DNA of 64,000 nucleotides from Balanoglossus misakiensis (taxonomy: Eukaryota > Animalia > Hemichordata). Under the pieces are notes generated by a model, which did no database searches, was not told the origin of the DNA, and worked only from the letters and a program-made list of their open reading frames with translations. Position numbers and translations under genes: made by a program. Location of the stretch: positions 72,396-136,395 of the forward strand of contig JBECUI020000039.1 in NCBI GenBank assembly GCA_040954595.2. The letters run 5' to 3'. This document shows, one piece after another, positions 18,141 to 28,657 of the stretch (positions within the stretch are counted from its first letter, which is position 1; every line of letters starts with the position of its first letter).

Positions 18141-20516
18141 ATGGTACTAGAACATGAAGATGGACATATTCTTCCAGCGGATCAGGTCTTGCCACCGACA
18201 TTGCCTCTGATTGTGCTGCATTCTAACCCGATTTTTCCGGGCATGCTGTCTCCGCTCATGCTTATTCGTTCACAAGAAATATCTGTTGTGGACTACGCAA
18301 AAGAAAACTCTTCTTTGTATATTGGCTTTGTGCTTGCCAAGGATCCCGATGATGATGAATTTGATCCCGAAGGCATTTTTTCTGTCGGCACGGTTGCAAA
18401 AGTTATTAAACGAATTAACTTGCCTGATGATGGAATAAATGTCTTTATTTCCGCGATCAAACGGTTCAAAATAAAAAAAATATCAATGAGAAACAACAAT
18501 ATTCCTCTTGCTATTGTTGAGTACCTTGATGAACAGATCAAACTTACTACCGAACTTCGGGCAATGACACGTTCGCTTATTGCGGAAATGAAGAAACTTT
18601 CCGAAGATAACTCTCTTTTTTCGGAAGATGTACGTTTGAATATGGCAAATATTACAAACTTTGATCAATCAGGAAGAATTACCGACTTTATCGCTTCAAT
18701 TCTGAATATTGACCGCGAGAAACAGCAGAATATCCTTGAGATGCTTGATGTCAGAAAACGCATCGAAACCGTACTTATTCTAATAAAAAAAGAACAGGAA
18801 ATTCTTCGTATACAAAAGAAAATTCATAAGCAGATCAGCAAAAAGATAGAAAAGAGTCAGCGGGAGTACTTTTTGCGAGAACAGCTGAAGGAAATTCAGA
18901 AGGAACTGGGGATCAATACCGATCCGAAGAGTTCCGAGTATGCCCGATTTAAGAAAAAGATAACGAGTATCAACCTGGAACCGGAGGTAAAAGAGCCTAT
19001 AGAACAGGAACTGGAAAAGTTTGCTCTCCTGGACCCGAATAATTCCGAGTTTGGAGTAGTACGTAATTACCTCGATTTAATTACAAGCCTCCCATGGGAT
19101 TCCCCCCCGGAAGATATGCCGGATATCACTAAGGCTATGAAAATACTTGATAGAGACCACTACGGCTTAGAGGATATTAAAAAACGTATTGTTGAATTTC
19201 TATCGGTACATATCCGTACGAATAAAACAAAGAGTTCTATTATCTGCTTTGTCGGTCCTCCCGGAGTAGGAAAGACTTCAATCGGAAAATCTATTGCTAC
19301 AGCATTGGGAAAGAAGTTTTTTCGTTTCTCCGTAGGTGGTATGCGTGATGAGGCTGAAATTAAGGGACATCGAAGAACCTATGTTGGCGCCATGCCGGGC
19401 AAAATTATTCAAGGACTTCGGTATACAAAGTCAAAATGCCCGGTCTTTATGATTGATGAGATTGATAAACTTGGCGCAAGTTATCAGGGAGATCCCGCTT
19501 CTGCCTTACTGGAAGTACTGGACATAGAACAAAATATTGCCTTTCGCGACCATTATCTCGACCTGCCCTTCGATGTATCGCAGATATTTTTTATTACAAC
19601 TGCAAATACACTTGATACCATTCCAAGCCCCCTTCTTGACCGGATGGAAGTTATCCGACTGGCGGGCTACATTGATAGCGAGAAGATAGAGATTGCACGG
19701 AAATATCTCCTGCCGAAATCTATAGCAAATCACGGATTACGGTCTAAGGAAATCTCATACACAATGCCTTCCCTCCGCGTAATTGCCGGTCAGTATGCCC
19801 GTGATATGGGTGTGCGGAACTATGAAAAAGCTCTTAACCGGATTAATAGAAAGGTGACGTATAAGATTGCCGTAGAGAAAGATATAAAGTTGCCGGTAAA
19901 GATTACTCCTGATGTTCTGGAAGAATACCTTGGGGTGCCTGCATTTAATCGCACAGAGGTAAAGAAGATTACTCGTCCGGGACTTTGCTTTGGCTTGGCA
20001 TGGACTTCTTTCGGCGGTGAGGTCATGCTTATTGAAGCTGTATTCTACCCCAGCAAGGGCGGGATTCAGTTAACCGGACAAATGGGACAGGTTATGCAGG
20101 AATCGGCACAAATTGCCTATTCGTACATACAATCAATTGCAGAGCATGCATCGATTGATACATCACTCTTCGACAAGTATACGGTGCACCTCCATATTCC
20201 TGCCGGTGCCACCCCGAAGGATGGTCCATCTGCGGGAATAACAATGGCAACTACCCTCTTCTCGCTCTTTACAAATAAAACTGTCAAACATACATTTGCA
20301 ATGACCGGTGAACTCTCTCTTACCGGTGACGTTCTTCCTATCGGAGGATTGAAGGAGAAAACGATTGCCGCTTTGCGGAATCAAATTAAGCATATTATTA
20401 TTCCTAAGGAAAATGAACGGGACGCAAAGGAGATACCGGAGCATATCCGAAAACGTGTTCGATACTACCCGGTTGAACACGTGCAAGAAGTACTGGATAT
20501 GGTAATGAAGAAATGA
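18141..20516 (+). CDS. lon: ATP-dependent Lon protease
   Basis: GPPGVGKTS, GHRRTYVGAMPG, IDEIDK, PKDGPSAG (catalytic Ser), IGGLKEK; RBS AGGAGG. Confidence 0.97.
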   Translation: MVLEHEDGHILPADQVLPPTLPLIVLHSNPIFPGMLSPLMLIRSQEISVVDYAKENSSLYIGFVLAKDPDDDEFDPEGIFSVGTVAKVIKRINLPDDGINVFISAIKRFKIKKISMRNNNIPLAIVEYLDEQIKLTTELRAMTRSLIAEMKKLSEDNSLFSEDVRLNMANITNFDQSGRITDFIASILNIDREKQQNILEMLDVRKRIETVLILIKKEQEILRIQKKIHKQISKKIEKSQREYFLREQLKEIQKELGINTDPKSSEYARFKKKITSINLEPEVKEPIEQELEKFALLDPNNSEFGVVRNYLDLITSLPWDSPPEDMPDITKAMKILDRDHYGLEDIKKRIVEFLSVHIRTNKTKSSIICFVGPPGVGKTSIGKSIATALGKKFFRFSVGGMRDEAEIKGHRRTYVGAMPGKIIQGLRYTKSKCPVFMIDEIDKLGASYQGDPASALLEVLDIEQNIAFRDHYLDLPFDVSQIFFITTANTLDTIPSPLLDRMEVIRLAGYIDSEKIEIARKYLLPKSIANHGLRSKEISYTMPSLRVIAGQYARDMGVRNYEKALNRINRKVTYKIAVEKDIKLPVKITPDVLEEYLGVPAFNRTEVKKITRPGLCFGLAWTSFGGEVMLIEAVFYPSKGGIQLTGQMGQVMQESAQIAYSYIQSIAEHASIDTSLFDKYTVHLHIPAGATPKDGPSAGITMATTLFSLFTNKTVKHTFAMTGELSLTGDVLPIGGLKEKTIAALRNQIKHIIIPKENERDAKEIPEHIRKRVRYYPVEHVQEVLDMVMKK

Positions 20517-21250
20517 AAAGGTTTCTATCCATTTTTTTATTCGCGGGGAGTGCGGCCTTTGCCGAACCTGCCTTTACCTATTTGAGCACTATACCGAAAC
20601 AGGAAGCTATTCTAACAAGATACGATGAGTTTATCCAATCCCTGTACGGGCTGCTCGATGTTGAAGAATCATTGCTTCTCCTAGTAGATAAGAAGCATCC
20701 TGTGCAAATTGTCCCTGCCGACTTGATCGCACTAGATGATTATGCTGATGTACTGACGCTGAATAAACGCGGTATGTATGTCAGTGCCCTTATGTTAGAT
20801 GACTTGTTGCGCATGAACGCAGCGGCAGCAGAAGATGGAATAAAACTTGTGATTTCATCATCCTACCGAAGTTATGACTATCAGTCTATGCTCTTTGATC
20901 GTGCAGTCCGCGTTTCAGGACGAGAACAGGCATTACGAGAAATTGCTGTGCCGGGCACGAGTCAACATCAGTTGGGATTGGCACTTGATTTTGGCAGCAT
21001 TACCCCTGCATTTGCCGATACAGCTGCCGGGCAGTGGCTGCAACAAAACTCCTGCAAATACGGCTTCTCCCTCTCCTACCCTGAGGGGGCGGAAGAAATA
21101 ACCGGATATATGTACGAGAGTTGGCATTTTCGTTACTTGGGTGTACGAGCTTGTCAAGTTGTAGAGACATTCTTTTCCGGTATGCCGCAGTACTTGCTGG
21201 AATTCTGGCATGCACACGCAAGCGAAGTGAGGCAGATGAGAAATGAATAA
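20513..21250 (+). CDS. M15B family D-alanyl-D-alanine carboxypeptidase (VanY-like)
   Basis: Signal peptide; SSYRSYDYQ, PGTSQHQLGLALD, YESWHFRYLG. Confidence 0.9.
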   Translation: MKRFLSIFLFAGSAAFAEPAFTYLSTIPKQEAILTRYDEFIQSLYGLLDVEESLLLLVDKKHPVQIVPADLIALDDYADVLTLNKRGMYVSALMLDDLLRMNAAAAEDGIKLVISSSYRSYDYQSMLFDRAVRVSGREQALREIAVPGTSQHQLGLALDFGSITPAFADTAAGQWLQQNSCKYGFSLSYPEGAEEITGYMYESWHFRYLGVRACQVVETFFSGMPQYLLEFWHAHASEVRQMRNE

Positions 21251-22454
21251 TATACATGGATTGACTATCCCGGAGTTATACCTTCCACGAGAAGGGATCG
21301 ACCTTGCAAAATGGTCTATCATTGCCTGTGATCAACATAGCTCCGATAGGCAGTACTGGAAGAATATCGAAGATTTTGTCGGGCTGTCTCCATCAACGCT
21401 GCACATCATGTTGCCCGAAGTATACCTGCAAGATGATGATGTGCATAAACGAATAGAGCGCATTCATGCTACGATGCAGACCTATAAAACCGAGGGCATT
21501 GTGCATAATCACGGGGAGCAGCTCCTACTGACGGAACGAGAAACGGCTGAGGGGAACCGGTACGGGCTCCTGCTTGCTGTTGACCTTGAGGAATATAGTT
21601 ATGCCGATGGTAGTAGCAGTCTTATCCGAGCAAGTGAAGAGACCCTTGTGCACCGACTCCCACCGCGAATACGAACCCGTCAGCATGCATTGTTTGAAAT
21701 AAGTCATATTCTCCTGCTCTGTAACAGTCCCATGGATTCATTGTTTACACCACTGCGTCAATACGTTGAAGAAACAAAGTATACGGTATCGCTTTCGGGG
21801 GGCGGCGGAAAACTGGAAGCACATAGCCTGTCGACGCAGGCTGTTTCCATGCTCCGAGAGTGGATGGATGAACTTCGTAACGCAGATGAATACATGCTCA
21901 CTGGAGACGGGAATCATTCATTGGCTGCTGCTTGGCAAATATGGCAGGATGTCAAGAAAAACGGTGCTGCCGATGACGACCCGCGCCGCTTTGCAATGGT
22001 CGAACTCGTGAGCATACATGACCCTGCCCTCTCCATTCATCCGATCCATCGCCTGGTATTCAACATAACCATGCCAAAACTTATTGCTGCACTAGAACCG
22101 CTATCCTATGTACCTGTTGCCAGTTCGTATGAACCAAACAGCAATGAATTATGTATTTCCAATGAAGAAGAAACTTTTCTTCTTTCTTTTTCCGATGCTG
22201 ACACCTTGCTTGCACAGACGGATGAACGTTTGAGTTTGCTTTCATCGGAGGTGGATTATATTCATGGTCGGTCCGCCTGTATTACACTTGCTCAGCAACA
22301 TAATGGGGTGGGTGTATTGCTCTCTCAACCAAAAAGAGAGAATCTTTTTCCGTTCGTAGAACAATACGGGCGCTTCCCCCGCAAAGCATTTTCGCTGGGA
22401 AGTGCTCAAGAAAAGCGCTACTATACAGAACTACGTTGTCTTGAAGGCATCTGA
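21243..22454 (+). CDS. DUF1015 family protein
   Basis: KWSIIACDQH, PSTLHIMLPEVYL, GDGNHSLAAA, HPIHR, PRKAFSLG...KRYYTE. Confidence 0.85.
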   Translation: MNNIHGLTIPELYLPREGIDLAKWSIIACDQHSSDRQYWKNIEDFVGLSPSTLHIMLPEVYLQDDDVHKRIERIHATMQTYKTEGIVHNHGEQLLLTERETAEGNRYGLLLAVDLEEYSYADGSSSLIRASEETLVHRLPPRIRTRQHALFEISHILLLCNSPMDSLFTPLRQYVEETKYTVSLSGGGGKLEAHSLSTQAVSMLREWMDELRNADEYMLTGDGNHSLAAAWQIWQDVKKNGAADDDPRRFAMVELVSIHDPALSIHPIHRLVFNITMPKLIAALEPLSYVPVASSYEPNSNELCISNEEETFLLSFSDADTLLAQTDERLSLLSSEVDYIHGRSACITLAQQHNGVGVLLSQPKRENLFPFVEQYGRFPRKAFSLGSAQEKRYYTELRCLEGI

Positions 22455-22939
22455 ACGAATACTGACGGGGGACGAACCCTTTTCGCACTGCCCTGATTGC
22501 TCATCATGAGCATAATGTCGGTAAAAAGTAATAATAATGCGCTTGCCGCTGCAATAAAGAAGGAAATTGCCCTGAAAAAACTTCGTTGATCGATGTATTC
22601 ATATGTTGAGATAATATATTGTCCCGGCTCTAATGTAGTCGTACTTGGGCGGTATCCGGCAACTTCAACAATGTACTCACCACTGTATTTGTAACCGCTT
22701 AGTATTGCTTCCTGCCGAAGAACCTGTGCTCTACTCTGTTGGGCTGTGTGCATAAGAATATTTTGACGTTCTCGCAATTCCTCCAGACTCTTTTCAAGAC
22801 TTGTTCGGTATTGCGTTCGTTCGTAATAGGAAAAGACTCCGTAGGTATCGTAGAATAAACCCGTTATAAATTGTGCAGATATGCCAATGGCAATGGCAAT
22901 ACATAACGATAGTAAAATATTAGAAACACGCATATGCAT
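22421..22939 (-). CDS. Septum formation initiator (FtsB/DivIC-like) protein
   Basis: N-terminal TM helix, YGVFSY, coiled coil, EAILSGY, second C-terminal TM helix. Confidence 0.6.
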   Translation of the reverse strand: MHMRVSNILLSLCIAIAIGISAQFITGLFYDTYGVFSYYERTQYRTSLEKSLEELRERQNILMHTAQQSRAQVLRQEAILSGYKYSGEYIVEVAGYRPSTTTLEPGQYIISTYEYIDQRSFFRAISFFIAAASALLLLFTDIMLMMSNQGSAKRVRPPSVFVQMPSRQRSSV

Positions 22940-23025
22940 TTATATATTCGGGTAGATATACCCTTTTCTTGAATTGCATAAAAAAAAAGTATATGGTATG
23001 CTATCTATTAGTATAGATTGAGGTA

Positions 23026-24234
23026 TTGCATATGAATGATGATATAGAAACCACACAAGAATCTATGGAAGAATACGGCGTATGGGTTGCTAGTAATCCG
23101 GTTGACAAAGATGAATTTCAGGTTACGGAGGAAGTCCCTACAGTTAGTTCGTTAAACTTGGAAAAGTCCGACGATTCCTTTGGTATAGGCGCTAAAACAG
23201 ATAGTTCCGACGATCCACCACAAAATACGGATAGAATTCTTGCACTCGAACAGTCCATCTCAATGCTCCATGAAGATGTGAAGTCTCTCAAAGAATACAT
23301 TGCTTCCATCCAAAAACAACTTTCGTCGTCTGAGGTGGAAGAAGAAAAGAAAGAGCCAGAGGGATTCTTTTCTGAGGACGACACTGATGAAACGATTGCT
23401 CTCAATGTCAATGAACTAGAAAACATTTTAACAACATCTGAAGTTACCGACATGGCAATACCGCCCCAAGTGGAGGAACAGAGTCAACCAGTCTCGGTTT
23501 CACAAGATATTGATGATTATCTATCTGATCCTAGCGAAGATATTCCCGATACGGGAACGGTGTTGATTGAAGACGATGTTCTTATTGTTGACGATGCTGT
23601 CCCACAGGGCGAAGACGACACTCCCGATGCCGCTATCTTGCCCGAACTGGCAGAAGAACAGGAAATGCTTCTTGAGGAACCCGCAGAAGAGGGGGCATTT
23701 TTTATAGACACGGATGCTGTTGATAATCAACCAGATGAAACAGACAGTGAGCAGTTTGTGATAGAACCTACAGAGCCTGATCCCGCACCCGCCGCTGAAG
23801 AAGATATTCCCGTAATTGATCTGTCCCAATCGGATGAAGATATCCTTGTTATGGATGATGACATTCTGGGAGAAGAGGCACCTGATGATGAAAGCATAAT
23901 GCTACCGGAAAGTGAGTTAGAAGCAATTGCCTCTCGTTCACCCGAAGAGACCGTTGAAGAACTCAGTATTCCTCCCCCCGCAGACCTTGGCATTGCTCCA
24001 GACGAGGCAGCTTCTATTTCCAGTGTTATATCTCTTAGTAAGGGCAATACCAGCACAAATATTGCTCATCAGCTGGCAAACACCGGTGAAGAATTAAAAA
24101 AAGAACTTACTTCGACTGTTATGCTATTGAACCATATACTGGAAACATTGCCGGAACAAACAATCAAGGAATACGAAGATCTGGAACAGTTTGCTGCATA
24201 TAAACGTCTGGCTCAATCCTTGAGCATTACCTGA
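23026..24234 (+). CDS. Highly acidic hypothetical protein
   Basis: D/E-rich, 402 aa. Conserved-looking ends (MEEYGVWV; GFFSEDDTDETIALNVNELENIL; LLNHILETLPEQTIKE). RBS GAGG. Confidence 0.75.
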   Translation: MHMNDDIETTQESMEEYGVWVASNPVDKDEFQVTEEVPTVSSLNLEKSDDSFGIGAKTDSSDDPPQNTDRILALEQSISMLHEDVKSLKEYIASIQKQLSSSEVEEEKKEPEGFFSEDDTDETIALNVNELENILTTSEVTDMAIPPQVEEQSQPVSVSQDIDDYLSDPSEDIPDTGTVLIEDDVLIVDDAVPQGEDDTPDAAILPELAEEQEMLLEEPAEEGAFFIDTDAVDNQPDETDSEQFVIEPTEPDPAPAAEEDIPVIDLSQSDEDILVMDDDILGEEAPDDESIMLPESELEAIASRSPEETVEELSIPPPADLGIAPDEAASISSVISLSKGNTSTNIAHQLANTGEELKKELTSTVMLLNHILETLPEQTIKEYEDLEQFAAYKRLAQSLSIT

Positions 24235-24244
24235 CGGTTCTACA

Positions 24245-25453
24245 TTGCAGATACAGATACTTGTATCGAACACAGGTTTTCGAACACTTTCCATAGATGG
24301 GAAATGGATCCACTCGAAGTACGATCCGGTCAGCGAAGCATCACGTTTTGCCAACCGCATAGCCAACTGTAGCTTGCTTGTCTTGCTTGGGGCATCAATT
24401 GGTTATCTCTATTCAGCATTACAAAAACGCCTACCCCATACGAAAATTATTGCTCTCTACCTGCATAAGGATCTGTACGAAATGTCAGAGAACCGTGCGA
24501 CATTATGTTGGCATCCTGATATGGGTGTGGAGCTGGAAACATTTCTTTTTGCCAATATTCCCGAGTATGCACTCGGTGATATTCAAATCGTAGAATGGCC
24601 GCCGATGCTTGATGCCTTCCCGCAATTTCAAAAGAGCTTTCGGGCTACGTTGCGTCAATGTATCGAACGGCTTCGTGGCAATATTGTTACCACGAACTAT
24701 TTCGCTAAGCGCTGGCTCCAAAATAGTGTTGCTAACTACCTTCGCTACGATAACTCTGTCCGCGTACGGATCAGTCCGAAAAGTGCCATTCTTATTGCGG
24801 CACCCGGCTGGAGTCTGGAAGAATCTATTCCTTTTATTACTAAGAATCGCCAAAAGATATTTCTTTTATCACTCTCCTCTGCTATAGCGATCCTCCGCCA
24901 CTGGAATATTGTTCCCGATTGCGTTGTGCATAGCGACGGGGGATACTGGGCGGGACGGTATCTCCTAGGGCTTCCTGGACACATTCCGGTTATGACTCCC
25001 TTCCATGCACGGATACCGCAAGGAATAGAGCGTATTCTTTTTTTCTCTCAAGATCATCCATTTGATTATGCAGTTTGCAAACATGAGACTCTGCCATACA
25101 TACCGGACAATCCGACCGTTGCCGGCACAGCATTGGAGCTGGCCGTTCGAATGACAGAAAACTGCATTATCTTTGCCGGTCTTGATCTGAATAAGCATGA
25201 TATTGCCACTCATGCACGTGGGCACACGAGTGAAGCATATATGCGAACCTCCGTCTCCCGACTGATACCAGAGGAGGGACTGCGCTGGCAGAGATGCCAA
25301 GATGCACAATCCACTGCTGTCTATGCAAAATGGTTTCACGAATACTACAACAAGATCTATCGCAGGCAATTGGAAAGTTGGGAAGCCCACGTGATAATCT
25401 GCCAAGTATGGATAATGACTGGCACGGTGCTCCTCGTCCACTTGTTGACATAA
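24245..25453 (+). CDS. DUF115 / motility-associated factor (Maf, MptE-like) protein; C-terminus probably continues in 25294..25686
   Basis: IHSKYDPVSEA, FAKRWLQN, AAPGWSLE, PDCVVHSDGGYWA, PTVAGTAL, FAGLDL. Confidence 0.82.
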   Translation: MQIQILVSNTGFRTLSIDGKWIHSKYDPVSEASRFANRIANCSLLVLLGASIGYLYSALQKRLPHTKIIALYLHKDLYEMSENRATLCWHPDMGVELETFLFANIPEYALGDIQIVEWPPMLDAFPQFQKSFRATLRQCIERLRGNIVTTNYFAKRWLQNSVANYLRYDNSVRVRISPKSAILIAAPGWSLEESIPFITKNRQKIFLLSLSSAIAILRHWNIVPDCVVHSDGGYWAGRYLLGLPGHIPVMTPFHARIPQGIERILFFSQDHPFDYAVCKHETLPYIPDNPTVAGTALELAVRMTENCIIFAGLDLNKHDIATHARGHTSEAYMRTSVSRLIPEEGLRWQRCQDAQSTAVYAKWFHEYYNKIYRRQLESWEAHVIICQVWIMTGTVLLVHLLT

Positions 25454-25686
25454 CTCTGCATGAAAGGGCATGCAGAAAAGAACGATGTGCGGTAGTTCTC
25501 GGTATCTTTCAAGAATGGGAAGAGATGCTACAGGATGTTGATTCTGCTTATTCCTTTATTCAAATGATTGCACCTGCTGCCCTTTATCGGTATATGCGAG
25601 GGGGGAAAGATGAGAAGGAGGGTGCAAAACTGGCTGGAGATATCCGAGCCTTTCTTGCAGATATGAGGCGAAAATACTGTGAATGA
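25294..25686 (+). CDS. Probable frameshifted C-terminal part of the first DUF115 gene
   Basis: Overlapping ORF that fills the gap exactly up to the next gene's start; no RBS seen. Confidence 0.45.
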   Translation: MPRCTIHCCLCKMVSRILQQDLSQAIGKLGSPRDNLPSMDNDWHGAPRPLVDITLHERACRKERCAVVLGIFQEWEEMLQDVDSAYSFIQMIAPAALYRYMRGGKDEKEGAKLAGDIRAFLADMRRKYCE

Positions 25687-27220
25687 AGTTTCCCGCATTA
25701 ACATTGCCTTACTGCACAAGCACTACCCGCAGTTGGCAGAAAGGGTTTCCCACTGTCGCCCATCAAGTAATTGCAGCTTTTTTCCCGCACGATCCGGTAG
25801 TATTACTGGAACGGTGCATGACCCCATAACAAAGGAAACATACCTTCTCCATTCACGATACAATCCCGAACGCGAGGCTGAGCGTACATTTCAGGACATG
25901 CCGCCAACCGATATTCTTTTTTTTCTTGGCTTGGGATGCGGATACTATATCTTGCCCTATATTAAGAGCCCTGATTGCAGGCGCATTATCGTTGTGGAAA
26001 AGAGTCTGGAATTCTTTTCTGCCATCCTGCAACAGGTAGCGCTTGGGGAGATTATTCAAAGCAAGAAGGTTGTCTTGCTCGTAGGAATGACAGAAACGGC
26101 AGTGCACCGCAGGATACTGGATTACTTCCTGCCCTATCAACATAAGACACTTCGCACGATCCCCCTCTCTGCACTTATGCAAACCGACAGCAGGTACTAC
26201 TTATCAGTCAATGATGAAATTCGTTTGGCTGTTGATACGGCAATGCAAGATATGAAAACGATGCAACATTTCGGGCGGCGTTGGACATATAATATTATTC
26301 ACAATGTACTTCACTGCCTGCCAAAGGAATACCCTGATTACAACAAGAAGATTGCCCCTGCCATACTTGTTGCTGCCGGACCAACAGTGGAGGATAATAT
26401 TGATGCACTGATAGATCGAGGGGATGCTCTTCTCTGTGCGGTCGATACTGCCCTGCCCTTTTTACAAGCGGTCGGCATAAAAGCGGATATTATTGTCAGC
26501 ATTGACTGTCAGATATACAGCAGACTGCATTTTCGCTCTCTTCATCCTTCTAGCCGAATATACTGCGACCTATCCTCTCCACCGGGACTTTCCCGTTTGA
26601 ACAACCATGTTTTCTTTACTACAGGTGGACATCCACTCTGTCAGCTGCTCCGACAATCGGCTTCTTTTCTTCTTCCCCTCAACACTGCAGGAAGAAATGT
26701 CAGTAGTTCCGCAATAAGCTTACTACACAATCTTGGATATCGGGTTGAACAGTGTTTTGGAACAGATTTTTCCTATCTTCCTGGCAAACCATATCTGCGA
26801 AACACGTATTTCTACTCTTACCTGGAATCTCAAACATCACGCAGAAATCCTATGGATGGACTTATTACTCATTTCATTCTTGGCAATTCGGAATTAATGC
26901 CCGAGAAAGATGGTGGCTATATACCTGCTCTTCTTCGGCAATACGAGAGTGATTTTACTCAGTTTCGTCGTACCGTGAACAAGGAAGTTCGCTTTGCCCC
27001 TCCCAGTGAGATATTGCCCTTTAATCCGAGGGATTGGCTTACCTGGTATCGCAATGCCATTCGAGACATGCTATCAGAGACCGATCCCATGGCAAACAGC
27101 ATTTCATCAACCCTTATTCCTTACATGATCTGGCAACGGGAACATGAACAGGATGCCGAAACAATTAAACCTGCAATACATGCAATAATTAATTATATTG
27201 ATACAATATTAAGTCGATAG
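25679..27220 (+). CDS. DUF115 / motility-associated factor (Maf, MptE-like) protein
   Basis: LHSRYNPEREA, LGLGCGY, HFGRRWTYN, AAGPTVE, AVDTAL, SIDCQ, GTDFSY. Confidence 0.85.
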   Translation: MNEVSRINIALLHKHYPQLAERVSHCRPSSNCSFFPARSGSITGTVHDPITKETYLLHSRYNPEREAERTFQDMPPTDILFFLGLGCGYYILPYIKSPDCRRIIVVEKSLEFFSAILQQVALGEIIQSKKVVLLVGMTETAVHRRILDYFLPYQHKTLRTIPLSALMQTDSRYYLSVNDEIRLAVDTAMQDMKTMQHFGRRWTYNIIHNVLHCLPKEYPDYNKKIAPAILVAAGPTVEDNIDALIDRGDALLCAVDTALPFLQAVGIKADIIVSIDCQIYSRLHFRSLHPSSRIYCDLSSPPGLSRLNNHVFFTTGGHPLCQLLRQSASFLLPLNTAGRNVSSSAISLLHNLGYRVEQCFGTDFSYLPGKPYLRNTYFYSYLESQTSRRNPMDGLITHFILGNSELMPEKDGGYIPALLRQYESDFTQFRRTVNKEVRFAPPSEILPFNPRDWLTWYRNAIRDMLSETDPMANSISSTLIPYMIWQREHEQDAETIKPAIHAIINYIDTILSR

Positions 27221-27226
27221 TCTAGT

Positions 27227-28657
27227 ATGAAGATTACTCTCAAGTATATTGTTATCGGCATGATTATCGCAGCAATTATCTTCTCCACTAGCTGGACTCT
27301 GTTTGGAATACAAGAGCTACAAGTTGCGGGAGAAGACTTTGCGGCAAAGCATTTCCAGGTCTTGTTATCGGAGCTTAGTGCATCGATACGATATGATGAT
27401 ACCGCACCACGCGTTATTTCCGAACTTGCAGAGAAATCATTCGCCAACGATGATCAAATTCGTGCTTTACTAATATATACAACAAGAAACGGCGTGGAAT
27501 ACCTATATGCAGATGAGTCTCAGTATGTTAATGCCCCGAATACGGGATGGGAAGAAGGAAAACTCATTGCCTCTGGGGGCATATTGCTGACCGACTCGTT
27601 TTATACGGCTCAAGGAAGCATTTTCTATGCACAGGCTGTATATCGCTCATTAGACCCTGCGGGACTTACTTTGATCCTTCGCCAGGGATTAACAATTATT
27701 CTAGCCATGATCTTTTCAGGTGCAATAGGCTTACTTATATACACATTAATAGCATCCGCACGGAAGAAGCAACAGTGGAAAAAAGAAAATGCTGTATCAC
27801 CAGCAGTGGCCGAGACGCCCGCACCTGTAGTAGCCGAGACAGCTGCTCATGTAGCAAGCAAGACGCCCGATCCTGTAGTAGCCGAGACAGCTGCTCATGT
27901 AGCAAGCAAGACGCCCGATCCTGTAGTAGCCGAGACAGCTGCTCATGTAGTAGCCGAGACGGTAACTGAGCCGCCGACAGTAATCGAGACTGCTACTCCG
28001 GTAGAGGTGGAAGAAAAGCAGTCAATAGATAATAAAATAATACCGCGTACAGCGGACGGTGCTGATACGCCTGCAAATGAACCGAGCAGAACTACCTCTT
28101 CAGAGGGGGATGCTTTTCGCCGTGCCGTATCAGCGGAATTACAACGTTCGGTCTTTTACAACCATGATCTTGCCCTTTTGGCACTTTTTGTAGAAGGCAA
28201 AGCAGCAGAGATAAAGACTCAGCTTGCGGAGATTGCTCCGATTCGTGAACTTTGTTTTTGGTATAACCGGAATTTATACATGATTATCCTGCCACAATCG
28301 GATTTGCAGGATGGATGGCACCGGGCAAAAATGATGCTTGATTCCTTGACCGGTATGCAGGTTCATGCGGGTATGTCCGTGCAGGGAAAGAGACTTATTG
28401 ATTCGGCAACACTTATTCGGGAAACGATACAGGCAGCAGAGAGGGCTACAAAAACAGGTCAGTCTATGCTTGCATTCTCTCCTAATGCACAGCAGTATCG
28501 CTCCCATATTAAGAAAAAGGCAAGCCCAGTCAGTGAGGAAGCATCCCCACTGACACCAACAAGAAGATTTATATTTGAAGAGCTTTCAAAAACTGAGGCC
28601 CCAGATGTTGAACAGTTCGTGAGCGTGGAACAAGCAGCTCCACAGTATCAGCCTTAA
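27227..28657 (+). CDS. Membrane protein with a degenerate GGDEF-like C-terminal domain and a repeat linker
   Basis: Two TM helices around a periplasmic domain; ELQRS...DLALL...IILPQSDL...AGMS...LIRE..A GGDEF-like fold without the GG(D/E)EF motif. Confidence 0.65.
   Translation: MKITLKYIVIGMIIAAIIFSTSWTLFGIQELQVAGEDFAAKHFQVLLSELSASIRYDDTAPRVISELAEKSFANDDQIRALLIYTTRNGVEYLYADESQYVNAPNTGWEEGKLIASGGILLTDSFYTAQGSIFYAQAVYRSLDPAGLTLILRQGLTIILAMIFSGAIGLLIYTLIASARKKQQWKKENAVSPAVAETPAPVVAETAAHVASKTPDPVVAETAAHVASKTPDPVVAETAAHVVAETVTEPPTVIETATPVEVEEKQSIDNKIIPRTADGADTPANEPSRTTSSEGDAFRRAVSAELQRSVFYNHDLALLALFVEGKAAEIKTQLAEIAPIRELCFWYNRNLYMIILPQSDLQDGWHRAKMMLDSLTGMQVHAGMSVQGKRLIDSATLIRETIQAAERATKTGQSMLAFSPNAQQYRSHIKKKASPVSEEASPLTPTRRFIFEELSKTEAPDVEQFVSVEQAAPQYQP
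27824..27960 (+). repeat. In-frame 48-bp tandem repeat (PVVAETAAHVASKTPD), ~2.6 perfect copies
   Basis: CCTGTAGTAGCCGAGACAGCTGCTCATGTAG starts at 27824, 27872 and 27920. Confidence 0.95.
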
